DNA of 64,000 nucleotides from Candidatus Bathyarchaeia archaeon (GCA_049512075.1 JBEKXL010000011.1:1-64000), one strand, 5' to 3'; shown: positions 1 through 11,762, numbered from the stretch's first letter. Program-made: numbers and translations. Notes: a model not told the origin generated them from the letters alone.

Positions 1-95
1 GGGCAGAAGGATACTGCGCCAACACGGTAGGCGGACTAAACCTCGACGCCGTCAGAAAATACATACGAGAAGAACAACAAGAAGCCCTACCGTAG
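1..95 (+). mobile_element. tnpA: 3' end of IS200/IS605-family Y1 transposase (TnpA), truncated by the window edge
   Basis: Frame from nt 3 reads AEGYCANTVGGLNLDAVRKYIREEQQEALP*, matching the TnpA C-terminal pattern W.xGY...TVG......RKYIxxQ, which carries the catalytic Tyr. Confidence 0.8.
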
Positions 96-97
96 AG

Positions 98-117
98 CCC
101 CGGAGCTTGCTCCGGGG
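98..117. repeat. Perfect hairpin CCCCGGAGC-TT-GCTCCGGGG, probable IS200/IS605 subterminal right-end hairpin
   Basis: 9-bp perfect inverted repeat 2 nt after the tnpA stop codon. Confidence 0.75.
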
Positions 118-237
118 GAAACTACTTCTGCCACAGATTCCGAATAACGCGCGCTTCGCAGCGACAGAAACGAACTGAAAGCCAGACGACTCCCACTAAC
201 AGACAGAATTCTCACCTGTAGAAGCGCGGGCTAGAAC

Positions 238-524
238 ATAGCTAAGCAGGAGATGAAGCATACAGACTCCATTGCTGAGAGGCTCTTCTACTTAGGTGAA
301 AAACCCCAACAATCAAGCCGGAACCGATTAAAGTTGGGGAAACCCTCAAGGAAATGATCACACAGGACGTGAAAGACGAAAAGAAAGCCATTTACATGTA
401 CAAAGAGGTAATCGCAGTAGCCCAGAAAGAAGGCGACGTGACAACAGCTTTCCTGTTTATGGACATACTGAAAGACGAGGAAGACCATCACGACACCTTC
501 ACGACTCTCTTGGAGCAGGTATAA
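238..524 (+). pseudogene. Ferritin/bacterioferritin-like pseudogene (5'-truncated, frameshifted near 301)
   Basis: IAKQEMKHTDSIAERLFYLGE, then after a frameshift TPTIKPEPIKVGETLKEMITQDVKDEKKAIYMYKEVIAVAQKEGDVTTAFLFMDILKDEEDHHDTFTTLLEQV*; two ExxH di-iron motifs. Confidence 0.8.
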
Positions 525-651
525 GAATACGGCACCAGCGAATCAGGCTTTTCAGTAATCCTCCCTTTTTCTAAATTCGTTCCTTTGCGAGCTTCCCACT
601 TCCGAAAGCTTAATTCCTAAGCCAATTACTAGACTGAAGAGGATGATAGAA

Positions 652-789
652 ATGAAATCTGAAGAAAAATTGCCTCTTTGTGAAAAGTGTGGCTGTCCTA
701 TCGACGAGTGCAAGTGTGTCTGTCCCTACTGCGGTGAATCTTCTGGCTGCGAGTGTTGCGTTGGCACGGACGCGGTTACGGGCGGCTGA
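652..789 (+). CDS. 45-aa Cys-rich microprotein (metallothionein- or zinc-finger-like); below the ORF-track cutoff
   Basis: MKSEEKLPLCEKCGCPIDECKCVCPYCGESSGCECCVGTDAVTGG*; 10 Cys; GAGGATGA RBS-like sequence upstream. Confidence 0.75.
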   Translation: MKSEEKLPLCEKCGCPIDECKCVCPYCGESSGCECCVGTDAVTGG

Positions 790-838
790 GAACACCTAGC
801 TGGTTCCAGACAATTTTCGCGAAAATTCGACGAGGAGG

Positions 839-3719
<2,881 letters not shown>

Positions 3720-3804
3720 GGACAAACTGAAACCACGAGAACGCCCTGAGACCTCATGATGGTGAACGTTTTGCTAATTGCGGTGGTGAGGAGACGTTTG
3801 AAGA

Positions 3805-4242
3805 TTGAGCCTTAAAGAGTATGAGAGCAAGAGGGACTTCAAGGCCAGTGAACCGAAGGATGAATGCAGGGAAAATGGAGGAGGCATCTACGTCATTCAG
3901 AGACATGCTGCCACGCATTTACATTACGATTTGCGATTGGAAATGGATGGTGTGCTGAAGAGTTGGGCAATTCCTAAAGAGCCGCCGCTTGAGTCTGGAG
4001 TCAGACGGCTTGCTGTTCAGGTGGAGGATCACCCACTGTCTTATGCAACTTTTGAAGGTGCAATTCCAGAAGGCAAATACGGAGCGGGCACCGTGGAAAT
4101 CTGGGACAAGGGAACCTACAAGATGCTGGATAGAAAAGAGGACAAGTTCATCTTGGAAATTAACGGTGAAAAACTAAGAGGTACATATGTTCTCGTAAGA
4201 TTTAAAGACAAAAAGAACTGGCTCTTCTTCAAAAAGAAATGA
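3805..4242 (+). CDS. Stand-alone LigD 3'-phosphoesterase domain protein
   Basis: [17 protein letters not shown]...LKSWAIPK...[13 protein letters not shown]...[12 protein letters not shown]. Confidence 0.9.
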   Translation: MSLKEYESKRDFKASEPKDECRENGGGIYVIQRHAATHLHYDLRLEMDGVLKSWAIPKEPPLESGVRRLAVQVEDHPLSYATFEGAIPEGKYGAGTVEIWDKGTYKMLDRKEDKFILEINGEKLRGTYVLVRFKDKKNWLFFKKK

Positions 4243-4310
4243 GAACAGCCTGCAAGCAAAATTCCGCCCGGGATTCGATTCGATACTTGTTGCGTTGGGT
4301 TCTCGATTGC

Positions 4311-4616
4311 TCAGCTGTCTGTTTTCTCTTCCTCGCTTTGTGCCTTCCCTTCTCCGACGACCTCGGCCTCTGCGAATCTTCTGCTTATCCGTGTTACCTT
4401 GATTTTGACGTGCTCACCTTGCTTTGCGTTCGGTACGAATATCACTAGGCCCTCTATTCTTGCTATGCCCTCTCCTCTTCGGCTCACTTCTTGAATGTCA
4501 GCTTCATATTCTTTTCCGACCTCTACTGGTTTAGGAACGAATCCTTCTGTTTCTCTGCGACCTCTGAATCCTCCTCTTCTTTGGCCGAAGCCTCCTCTCT
4601 CTTCCATGCGTTTCAC
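4311..4616 (-). CDS. Single TRAM-domain RNA-binding protein with RGG-rich N-terminus
   Basis: PKPVEVGKEYEADI...RRGEGIARIEGLVIFVP...VKIKVTRISRRFAEAEV. Confidence 0.9.
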   Translation of the reverse strand: MKRMEERGGFGQRRGGFRGRRETEGFVPKPVEVGKEYEADIQEVSRRGEGIARIEGLVIFVPNAKQGEHVKIKVTRISRRFAEAEVVGEGKAQSEEEKTDS

Positions 4617-4670
4617 CTCTCACTCTTGGTCAACAGAAAACGCGCGCGCTCATGCTCGGTTCTTTCCAGT

Positions 4671-4961
4671 TCACTCAACCGTCAACGTTCCGTATCTTCC
4701 ACTGTTCAACTGGATCTCGCCTCTGAAGCTTGTGATGTAGCCGTTCTGTATTTTAACTGTGTCGTTGACGTTGACTTGATTTATCTGTTCGTTCCAAAGT
4801 GTCAGTTTTATCGTGCCCGTCTCGTCAGCGATGGTTGCGCTCGCAACTTTGAGAGTTTGATCTTTGAATCGCGACGTGACTTCTCGTGTATCAGACTTTT
4901 CAGTGACCTTTGCAGTCACGCTTATGCGTTTCATCCCATCTCGTAACTCGTTTATTTTCAA
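4671..4961 (-). CDS. ssb: Single OB-fold ssDNA-binding protein (SSB/RPA)
   Basis: MKINELRDGM...VASATIADETGTIKLTLWNEQI...NGYITSFRGEIQLN. Confidence 0.9.
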   Translation of the reverse strand: MKINELRDGMKRISVTAKVTEKSDTREVTSRFKDQTLKVASATIADETGTIKLTLWNEQINQVNVNDTVKIQNGYITSFRGEIQLNSGRYGTLTVE

Positions 4962-4963
4962 CC

Positions 4964-5257
4964 TTATCCCTTCTGTCTAGGCTCTTTCCGGAGCGCGAAT
5001 TTTTCACTCACGCTTCGAATTCTGACTCTAACTCGCTCTCCTATCCTGCTGCGAGAAACAAACATGAGGTGGCCTTGAATTCTTGCGACGTCGTCCCCTC
5101 TGCTTCCGTTGTCATCAATTGCGACTTCTATTTCTTGGTCTTCCTTCACAGGCCTCAACTGCAAAAACGGTCTGCCTAGGCGGAATCTGGTTTGGCGTCC
5201 AAATCTTCTCGGTTTTCTCGGTGCGTTCTTTGTTTTTTCTAGCAACCTTCTTGGCAT
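4964..5257 (-). CDS. Second TRAM-domain protein, Arg/Lys-rich N-terminus
   Basis: PVKEDQEIEVAIDDNGSRGDDVARIQGHLMFV...GERVRVRIRSVSEKFA. Confidence 0.75.
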   Translation of the reverse strand: MPRRLLEKTKNAPRKPRRFGRQTRFRLGRPFLQLRPVKEDQEIEVAIDDNGSRGDDVARIQGHLMFVSRSRIGERVRVRIRSVSEKFALRKEPRQKG

Positions 5258-5801
5258 GTTGTGTTTTCATCTCTGTCGCGGAGCCAGCCTTTTCCCTTGA
5301 ACACCCATGTGCCGAATGCTTGACGCATGAGCCTTGGTTTGGGCTAGTTACCTGCAGAAAAGTTCTTCGGCAATATAAATTTTGCTAGGTTTCTACTCGT
5401 AGCGTAACGCTTCAACGGAGTTCAATTTTGAACCTTTTTTTGCGGGGGGAGGGACAATCCGAAGATTATGCACACAGTTATCGCGAACGCAGCGATCGTC
5501 CGCTCCGGCGTGAAAATCGGGCTTATCGAGAGTGATTGGCTTCTAGGTGTTGAAAATATGGTGTCCTGCTGTTGTTGTGGTTTTATGATTCCCACTTCCA
5601 GAAGGGCCAAAAATGGCGAGAAACTCTCCCTCGTTAACATCAAAGGTCACTCCAGACAGGGCTGGAACGAGAACTGCGTCCAAGGGACAGTTTTTCTACA
5701 CGTTTTGAACCTAAAGAACTGTTGTCTTGTTGCAATCGGCTTCCTGGGAACAGAGCTATGCAAGTCTCTATTTCTTATGAAGGTATTTGCGAATATCGTC
5801 G

Positions 5802-6956
5802 TCAGGCAATGATGCCTGCGATGAATATCGTAATCACGTAGGCTATTATTGCTACCGCCACGCTTTTGGCCCATGAGAATTCAGCCACTGCCCGAACGAC
5901 AAGCGAAGCTAACGCTGCAGTCCACGCCCACACGAGCAATTCAGCGACCGTGCCGATTTGAGTGACGAGCCAGGTTTGGCTTGAAATCGCGTTGAGGGCA
6001 ACGGTGCCCTCTCCCTGCACGCCGCCTATGAGTTCAAACGGGAAGCGAATTGTTGGCAAGGTTGAATATCCAATCCCGTTTATCAAAGCCCCGACAAACA
6101 TGGTCATGAGAATGAATCCGACTGCAATCAACATGGGTTTCCAGAAGACTTTGCCCTTAAAAGCTCTGACTAGCACGTAGATTAGGCCAGTAAGCAGAAT
6201 CCAAGTGATTATGAACTGAAAGGCGCCCGAAACCCCGTAATCAAGCAGGTAAGATGTGCCTCCGGTTTCAAGCAGAGACTTGAAGGGACCGTGGAAAAAC
6301 ATGCCGTCAACGAGTAAGGTCACGTTGGAATTGCCAGCCCAGGTGAACTGCAGTTGCAAGCCTGTAACATTGCCCCAATCCGCGTTGCGGCTCGAGCCAG
6401 ACCATGCTGAGGAATCAAGCGGTATCGTGACGTTGTTCCAAATGTTGTAAGTTGCATTGGAAAACGTGTCTTTCAAATCGCTGTAGAAGTAGTCTGATGA
6501 GGAGTTGAGTGAAAAAATCTGAATTGTCACGTTTTCAGGTTGTGTCACCGGGCTAGTCCATTTTATTCTGAACGACAAAAGGTTGAAACCGTTTGGAACG
6601 GAACAGTCTACGGTTCCTATTCCGGTTAACTGCATCCAAACCTGTGGACTGTTTTGGATCGAGAAGGCTATGCTTGCGTTCCCGTAGATCGACCCGTTGA
6701 TGGCATCGCTGCTTTCCGTGATGTTCGCGTTTGATGTCCAAAAAGTGCTGTTTTCAGTCCATTCATCCAATTTTGTCCCGCTGGGCAAAATCTGTTCGTA
6801 GTATTCTTTGGAAAGGACTGCATATGTGGATGCGACGTTAACTGCTATGAGAAGAAGCATGATGAGAAGGGGTCCGATGTACCTTGGGTTCTGAATCACT
6901 TCTTTCAACGTTTTTCGTGGCGAGTACAGAACTTTCAACACGTTGGATACGTACAA
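5802..6956 (-). CDS. Yip1-family membrane protein with large extracellular insert
   Basis: N-terminal VLYSPRKTLKEV plus a TM helix, an N-glycosylation-sequon-rich loop, and four C-terminal TM helices. Confidence 0.7.
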   Translation of the reverse strand: MYVSNVLKVLYSPRKTLKEVIQNPRYIGPLLIMLLLIAVNVASTYAVLSKEYYEQILPSGTKLDEWTENSTFWTSNANITESSDAINGSIYGNASIAFSIQNSPQVWMQLTGIGTVDCSVPNGFNLLSFRIKWTSPVTQPENVTIQIFSLNSSSDYFYSDLKDTFSNATYNIWNNVTIPLDSSAWSGSSRNADWGNVTGLQLQFTWAGNSNVTLLVDGMFFHGPFKSLLETGGTSYLLDYGVSGAFQFIITWILLTGLIYVLVRAFKGKVFWKPMLIAVGFILMTMFVGALINGIGYSTLPTIRFPFELIGGVQGEGTVALNAISSQTWLVTQIGTVAELLVWAWTAALASLVVRAVAEFSWAKSVAVAIIAYVITIFIAGIIA

Positions 6957-7003
6957 TGATTCAGGCTCCGCTGTTAAGTTGTTGTTGGGTTATTAAATGT
7001 TTT

Positions 7004-8536
7004 CTACATCCCCAGCTTCAGGCGCCTGTAGGTTGTGTAGTCCACGTGTTCCAAGAACGGGTTTTGCGCTTGGTAAGCGATTGTCAATCTCTGGTTGTGC
7101 CGTTTGTCAAGTATCTGGTTCGTCGTGACGAGTGAATAGGCGTCGCTGCCGGCTCCTGAGCCGTAGCTGGCTATCAGTATCCGGTTGTCCGGCTTGGCCC
7201 TGTCCAATACTGCTGCCAGCCCGATTGGTACAGCGCCCGAGTATGTGTTGCCAAATTTTGCCACTTGGAGCATGGGCGCGTACTGCTCCTCTTTGAATCC
7301 AAGCTCTTTAGCGATTCGCACTGGAAACTGAACGTTTGGCTGATGAGCCACGAAATAGTCAACGTCTCCGACTTGGAGGTTAAGCTGTTCCATCAGTTTC
7401 TTGGCTGACATTCTGACGTGTTTGAAGTACGCTGGGTCGCCAGTGAAGCGTCCGCCGTGCATGGGATGCGGTTCGCCGTCTCTTCTCCAGAAGTCAGGCG
7501 TGTCAGAGGTGCACGAGTACCATCCTTCAATTTCCGCTATAACGTCCTGTTTTCCGAAGATGAAGGCCGCGGCACCGTAGCCGACGAACAAGTCTAACTC
7601 TCCGCCAGGACAGTCCCTCGGGGCTGCTTGTGAATTGTCGGTTCCAATGACCATGGCGTACTTGATGTTTGATTTCGGATAGTTAACCAACGACACGGCG
7701 TCCTTGAACATGCTCGTGGCTGCTTTGCACGCGAACTCCGTGTCTATGGCGTCAACCCCTTGAACGTCTTCGTTTTCCTCGCCGAGTTTCAGAACCTGTG
7801 CAACTTTCGAGGCTATAGGTTTGACAGCGTAGGGGTTCGATTCTGACCCAACGTAAATCTTTCCTATACATGAATTGTCCACTCCAGAATGTATTAGCGC
7901 GAGTTTTCCAGCCTCAACAGCGGCAGTTATGGAGTCCTCGTCGATGAATGGAACGGAACGTTCAATATTTCCTTCTCTGATTCTGAACCTTGAGGTGTAG
8001 ACTCCGTAGCCAACGATGCCGGGCAAATCGTACTCTTTCTTGGGCCTGATGATTTTGTATTCTTGGTGAGGGTAGTATTCGTCTGCAAACGTAAAAGCTA
8101 GAGAGATCGTCGGGATGACGTCGCTTTTGTCCACAGAGTAGCGTCTTCGAAATCTTGGAACAACTTCTCTTCCTTCGAGGCTTGAGAAGTCAACTTCTTC
8201 GTTGCATATTGCCGTTCTATCCGTGAGTCTGCCTGGAACGCGTATTCTGCAGTCGTGGAAGGACACCGTGCCGTAAATGTAACTGCCAAGTTTGGTGAAC
8301 TTGTTCGTCGGCTCGTTAACCAGCGTGCACAGTTCAAGTTTACCCTTCTCGTAGAAGAGGTCAGTGTTAACCATTTTTCCAAAGCTTTTCCTTCCGCAAT
8401 TTCCACAGTAGTCTCTTATCTCGAAATACTCTTTCCCGCAGATCAGGCAGCGGTTACCTCGGAGCCTATCGCCAAGGTAGGAGACTCTTCTCTCTATTGG
8501 TTCACTGCTCATCCTCATTCCCTCCCCAAAACGCAA
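7004..8536 (-). CDS. Hydroxymethylglutaryl-CoA synthase with N-terminal fused DUF35 (zinc ribbon + OB) domain
   Basis: N-terminus CLICGKEYF...YCGNCGRKSFG...PRFRR (DUF35); C-terminus GIVGYG, GSESNPYAVKP, EFACKA, DFWRR, HQPN, GNTYSG, SYGSGAGSDA. Confidence 0.92.
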   Translation of the reverse strand: MRFGEGMRMSSEPIERRVSYLGDRLRGNRCLICGKEYFEIRDYCGNCGRKSFGKMVNTDLFYEKGKLELCTLVNEPTNKFTKLGSYIYGTVSFHDCRIRVPGRLTDRTAICNEEVDFSSLEGREVVPRFRRRYSVDKSDVIPTISLAFTFADEYYPHQEYKIIRPKKEYDLPGIVGYGVYTSRFRIREGNIERSVPFIDEDSITAAVEAGKLALIHSGVDNSCIGKIYVGSESNPYAVKPIASKVAQVLKLGEENEDVQGVDAIDTEFACKAATSMFKDAVSLVNYPKSNIKYAMVIGTDNSQAAPRDCPGGELDLFVGYGAAAFIFGKQDVIAEIEGWYSCTSDTPDFWRRDGEPHPMHGGRFTGDPAYFKHVRMSAKKLMEQLNLQVGDVDYFVAHQPNVQFPVRIAKELGFKEEQYAPMLQVAKFGNTYSGAVPIGLAAVLDRAKPDNRILIASYGSGAGSDAYSLVTTNQILDKRHNQRLTIAYQAQNPFLEHVDYTTYRRLKLGM

Positions 8537-9735
8537 ACGTAGCCTTTGGTTCCGAAGCCTTCGAGCTCAAGTACACATCCACACTCAAGCTCCTCGTCAG
8601 GGTTGACTTGGCGCTCGCAGGCTTCTTTCCTCAACTGCTTGACGACTTCAAAAATCTGTGCGCCGCCCGTTGCTCCCAGCGGGTTTCCATCGGCTTTTAG
8701 TCCACCGCTCATGTTTACGAAAAGCTTGTTCCCGTCTATCTCGTAATAGCCCTTGTAATCCTGGCAGCTCTCATGTATGTTGCGCCATGCTGTTCCACGC
8801 TTGCAAAAGCCCATGTCCTCAAGCGAAACCATCTCCATGACCGTGGACTGATCGTAGAGTTCGACAAGTTGGACGTCCCACAGGTTCTTTCCGGCCATCT
8901 TCAAAGCGTTCTTCATCGAAATCTCGCTTACTAGAAAGTGGGTCATGTCCTCTCTTGCCGGATAAGTCAGATAGTCTGTTGCTGAAGATACGCCCAGAAC
9001 GTATACGGGCTTGTTCGTGAGTTTTTTAGCCACTTCTTCGCTGGTGAGGATCAAGATTGCCGCGCCGTCAGAAACTGGAGCGTAATCGTAGAGTCCCAGC
9101 GGCCGGTGCGCTTCTTTTCTTGCGTTTAAGACTTGTTCAACAGTTATTTTTCTCTGGTACTGTGCATACTCGTTTCTTGTTCCGTGCAGATGGTTTTTGA
9201 CAGAGATTTGAGCTAATGCTGTGTTCAGTGTTTCCAAGTTCTCTCCGTTCAAGCCATATTCTTTGATGTAAGCCCGGAGCATGAGTTCATGGTTTGCCTC
9301 TGGTGTACATCCCGCGTAGTAGCTCCATGGGTCTTCAAGAAGCATCAGATCATCTCGTATCTTGTCCCACCTGTCCGTCATTTTTTCTATTCCGCCGACG
9401 AGAACCATACTGTATCTTCCGGCTTGAATGGCGTTGCAGGCGTTTGACAAGGCTGAACTGAATGATCGTGTTACTTCCATGGGGACGTGAAGCTCCGTCA
9501 GTTCTGAAAGGAAACCCTCTTCCAGTCCAAGCTTGTTCGTGATGGGGAGAAAATAGTCTGAAAGATAACAAGCTTCCAAGTCTTTGCGTTCCAAATCTGC
9601 TTCCATCGAAGCCTTGAGCCAAGCTTCTTCAATCAGTTTCTCAGGCTCTTTCTCGTAGTGTTCCCCAAATCTTGTTCTTCCAACAGCAACTATCGCTGGG
9701 CGAGTTGGCATTAGATTACACCTATCAATCAGCAA
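8515..9735 (-). CDS. Thiolase-fold protein (archaeal/SCP-x type) with substituted catalytic motifs
   Basis: GRTRFGE, VGGIEKM, PVSDGAA, NMSGGLKADGNPLGATGGAQIFEVVKQLR. Confidence 0.88.
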   Translation of the reverse strand: MLIDRCNLMPTRPAIVAVGRTRFGEHYEKEPEKLIEEAWLKASMEADLERKDLEACYLSDYFLPITNKLGLEEGFLSELTELHVPMEVTRSFSSALSNACNAIQAGRYSMVLVGGIEKMTDRWDKIRDDLMLLEDPWSYYAGCTPEANHELMLRAYIKEYGLNGENLETLNTALAQISVKNHLHGTRNEYAQYQRKITVEQVLNARKEAHRPLGLYDYAPVSDGAAILILTSEEVAKKLTNKPVYVLGVSSATDYLTYPAREDMTHFLVSEISMKNALKMAGKNLWDVQLVELYDQSTVMEMVSLEDMGFCKRGTAWRNIHESCQDYKGYYEIDGNKLFVNMSGGLKADGNPLGATGGAQIFEVVKQLRKEACERQVNPDEELECGCVLELEGFGTKGYVCVLGRE

Positions 9736-9833
9736 ATATCCCTTTGGTATGCGACTTTTAAGGGTTTGCCATTTCAGTGTTCAGCACATGCAACGTCTAA
9801 GAAAAGGTGACAGTCAGAGAAGCATGAAGCGGT

Positions 9834-9905
9834 CGCGGACAGCCTCTCACATACGTCCAGCAGTGTCAGAGATGGTACTGCACCAAAGAACAGAAATACG
9901 TATAG
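9834..9905 (+). pseudogene. Orphan C-terminal zinc-ribbon-like gene fragment
   Basis: RGQPLTYVQQCQRWYCTKEQKYV*, resembling the archaeal CPTCGxPLTYIQQYQRWYC tail; in-frame stop just upstream and no start codon. Confidence 0.55.
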
Positions 9906-9982
9906 AAATACGACTGATCGCAAGAAAGCGTGCGGTTCGGGAGAAACGCGTTGTCTTTCAGAGTCGTCCCCTATCTTTGGTA

Positions 9983-10105
9983 GTAACAACCGTGGTAATG
10001 TTGTGTGGTAACAAATCATGAAGAGACAGACGGGCGCGTGGATAGATGCTCAGGTCTGGAATGCCTACTGGGAACTTTGCGGCCGTGAAAAGCTGCGGCT
10101 ATCTA
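9983..10105 (+). repeat. Dispersed element copy 1: GTAAC/GTAAT/GTAAC triplet plus start of a small gene (MKRQTGAWIDAQVWNAYWELCGREKLR)
   Basis: Aligns with 18112-18210 (shared GCTCAGGTCTGG..GCCTACTGGGA.CTT.GCGGCC). Confidence 0.75.
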
Positions 10106-10116
10106 CGCGCGCGCAA

Positions 10117-11262
10117 CTAGGCCGCTGTTTCTTCGTTAATGTTTATTCCGTGACTCTTCAGACCTTCTGAAAACAGTCTGAAAAGTTTGTTGTCCATGCC
10201 TATTTTTTCAGGCGGAACCACGCCCTTTTCTTTCAGATGTTTGTTCAGAATTAATTGTGCAACTATTGAAGCCGGATAGGCTGTTGTTCTGGCCATAGCG
10301 GTTACGCCTCGTCTTTTGTCGCAGAAGTCCAACAAGTCGTAGACTTGCGTTGTTCTCTTCTTGTCTTTTGTGCCGCGAGTCTCAATTCTCAACGCGACGA
10401 TGTCCCTTTGTCTCCTGTCCGACAGTCTTCGCTCAAGGATTTTGGCGGTGAGCTTTCTGGGTTGAATATGGACTCCTTCCACGTTGACTCTTGATTCGCT
10501 GAAGAACCCCAGGGTTCTGAGCAATTTCACTTTCTCAGCGTGTCCTGGATATCTGAGCGTCTTCTCCCACATGTCTTCGACGTGCTTCATCGTGTGCAAC
10601 AAGGTTCTGAGACCGTCGGTGTAAAAAGCCTCAAGCTTTCCGACGCCGGGAAATTCAACTTCTTGCACTCCGCTCAGGGCTTCAACTTCAACTGTTTGGC
10701 CTTTTCTGACTATTTCCGCCTTTCTTGTGTACTCGTCGATGAGGCTCTCGGGAGACCATGTGATGACGTAGCCCAAGGGGGGAATGGGTTTTTCGGGAAG
10801 TCCGCCGACCATTATGTGAACTGATTTAACGTTGTCAAGCGTTGAAACAGAATTTCCGACTAGTACGTTGCTGATTCCTGGGGCTAGTCCACAGTCTGGG
10901 ACGAGGGTTGAACCTGCATGTACGGCGGCCTCGTTGAGTCGCATAGGGTTTTCAGACATGTAGGAAACGTCAACTAAATCCTTGTGGGCATTGATGCATG
11001 TTTCCGCCAGGCGGTATCCGAGGTTGCCCGGCAGAAAGCCCATGGTTATATCGAACTCTTTCAGAGTATCCATTAGTTCATCACGTTTCGCAACGTCTGA
11101 TTGGATCCATGAAACATTGCTCATGCCTATTTTTTTGGCAACAAGTTTCGCTCTTACTTCATTCATGTCGGCAACAACGACCTCAGTCGAACTCATACTG
11201 TTGGCCAAGTCTTCCGCCGCAACGGAGCCTATGTTTCCACAGCCCATTACCAATACTTTCAT
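10117..11262 (-). CDS. Saccharopine dehydrogenase / lysine 6-dehydrogenase family protein
   Basis: Rossmann MKVLVMGCGNIG, DCGLAPG, VGGLP, WSPESLIDEY, TDGLRTL, KTLRYPGH, AMARTTAYP; start re-assigned from 11688 to 11262. Confidence 0.9.
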   Translation of the reverse strand: MKVLVMGCGNIGSVAAEDLANSMSSTEVVVADMNEVRAKLVAKKIGMSNVSWIQSDVAKRDELMDTLKEFDITMGFLPGNLGYRLAETCINAHKDLVDVSYMSENPMRLNEAAVHAGSTLVPDCGLAPGISNVLVGNSVSTLDNVKSVHIMVGGLPEKPIPPLGYVITWSPESLIDEYTRKAEIVRKGQTVEVEALSGVQEVEFPGVGKLEAFYTDGLRTLLHTMKHVEDMWEKTLRYPGHAEKVKLLRTLGFFSESRVNVEGVHIQPRKLTAKILERRLSDRRQRDIVALRIETRGTKDKKRTTQVYDLLDFCDKRRGVTAMARTTAYPASIVAQLILNKHLKEKGVVPPEKIGMDNKLFRLFSEGLKSHGININEETAA

Positions 11263-11401
11263 GTTCCTAGATTCAGAGAGGATTTTCATTAAAGGTTTTC
11301 CTAGGTTTAGCTGGCAAGACGGGCTGGGGACCCGTGGAACTAGGTGAATCTCATGCGGGAGAAATAATGCTACAGGTGGAGTCTGGTTACAGATAATCGA
11401 T

Positions 11402-11418
11402 TTGAAAGTCTTATATAC
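11402..11418 (+). promoter_or_regulatory. BRE/TATA-like promoter of the aIF1 gene
   Basis: TTGAAAGTCTTATATAC about 20-30 nt upstream of the start. Confidence 0.55.
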
Positions 11419-11436
11419 TCCAATGGTGATGTAGAA

Positions 11437-11754
11437 TTGAGTATCATGGCTGAGATCTGTCCAACATGCGGACTTCCCAAGGACATATGTGCTTGTGGCG
11501 AGATAGAAAAGGAGCAACAGCGGATTCGCATACGGCTTGAAACGCGGAAATTTGGCAAACCTACTACAATAGTCGACGGCATAGATGAGAAGAACACGGA
11601 TCTGGCGGGGATTGCTCAAAAACTGAAGGGGTTCTGTGCTTGCGGGGGAACGGCAAAAAACGGTCAGATAATGCTTCAGGGAGACCATCGTGAAAGAGTG
11701 CGCCAGTTTTTGGTGAAGCTTGGATACCCCGATGAGAACATAGAGCTTCAGTAG
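11437..11754 (+). CDS. sui1: Translation initiation factor aIF1 (SUI1/YciH)
   Basis: CPTCGLPKDICAC...LKGFCACGGTAKNGQIMLQGDHR. Confidence 0.95.
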   Translation: MSIMAEICPTCGLPKDICACGEIEKEQQRIRIRLETRKFGKPTTIVDGIDEKNTDLAGIAQKLKGFCACGGTAKNGQIMLQGDHRERVRQFLVKLGYPDENIELQ

Positions 11755-11762
11755 TTGCCCCC

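Noticed and set aside
290-310. Programmed frameshift in the ferritin-like gene
   Set aside because: The gene also lacks its 5' part, so decay or sequencing error is simpler
5400-5874. Short ORFs 5422-5643, 5468-5812 and 5647-5874
   Set aside because: No motifs, mutually overlapping, atypical composition
11263-11688. N-terminal extension of the 523-aa ORF
   Set aside because: Overlaps sui1 on the opposite strand; homology starts at MKVLVMGCG
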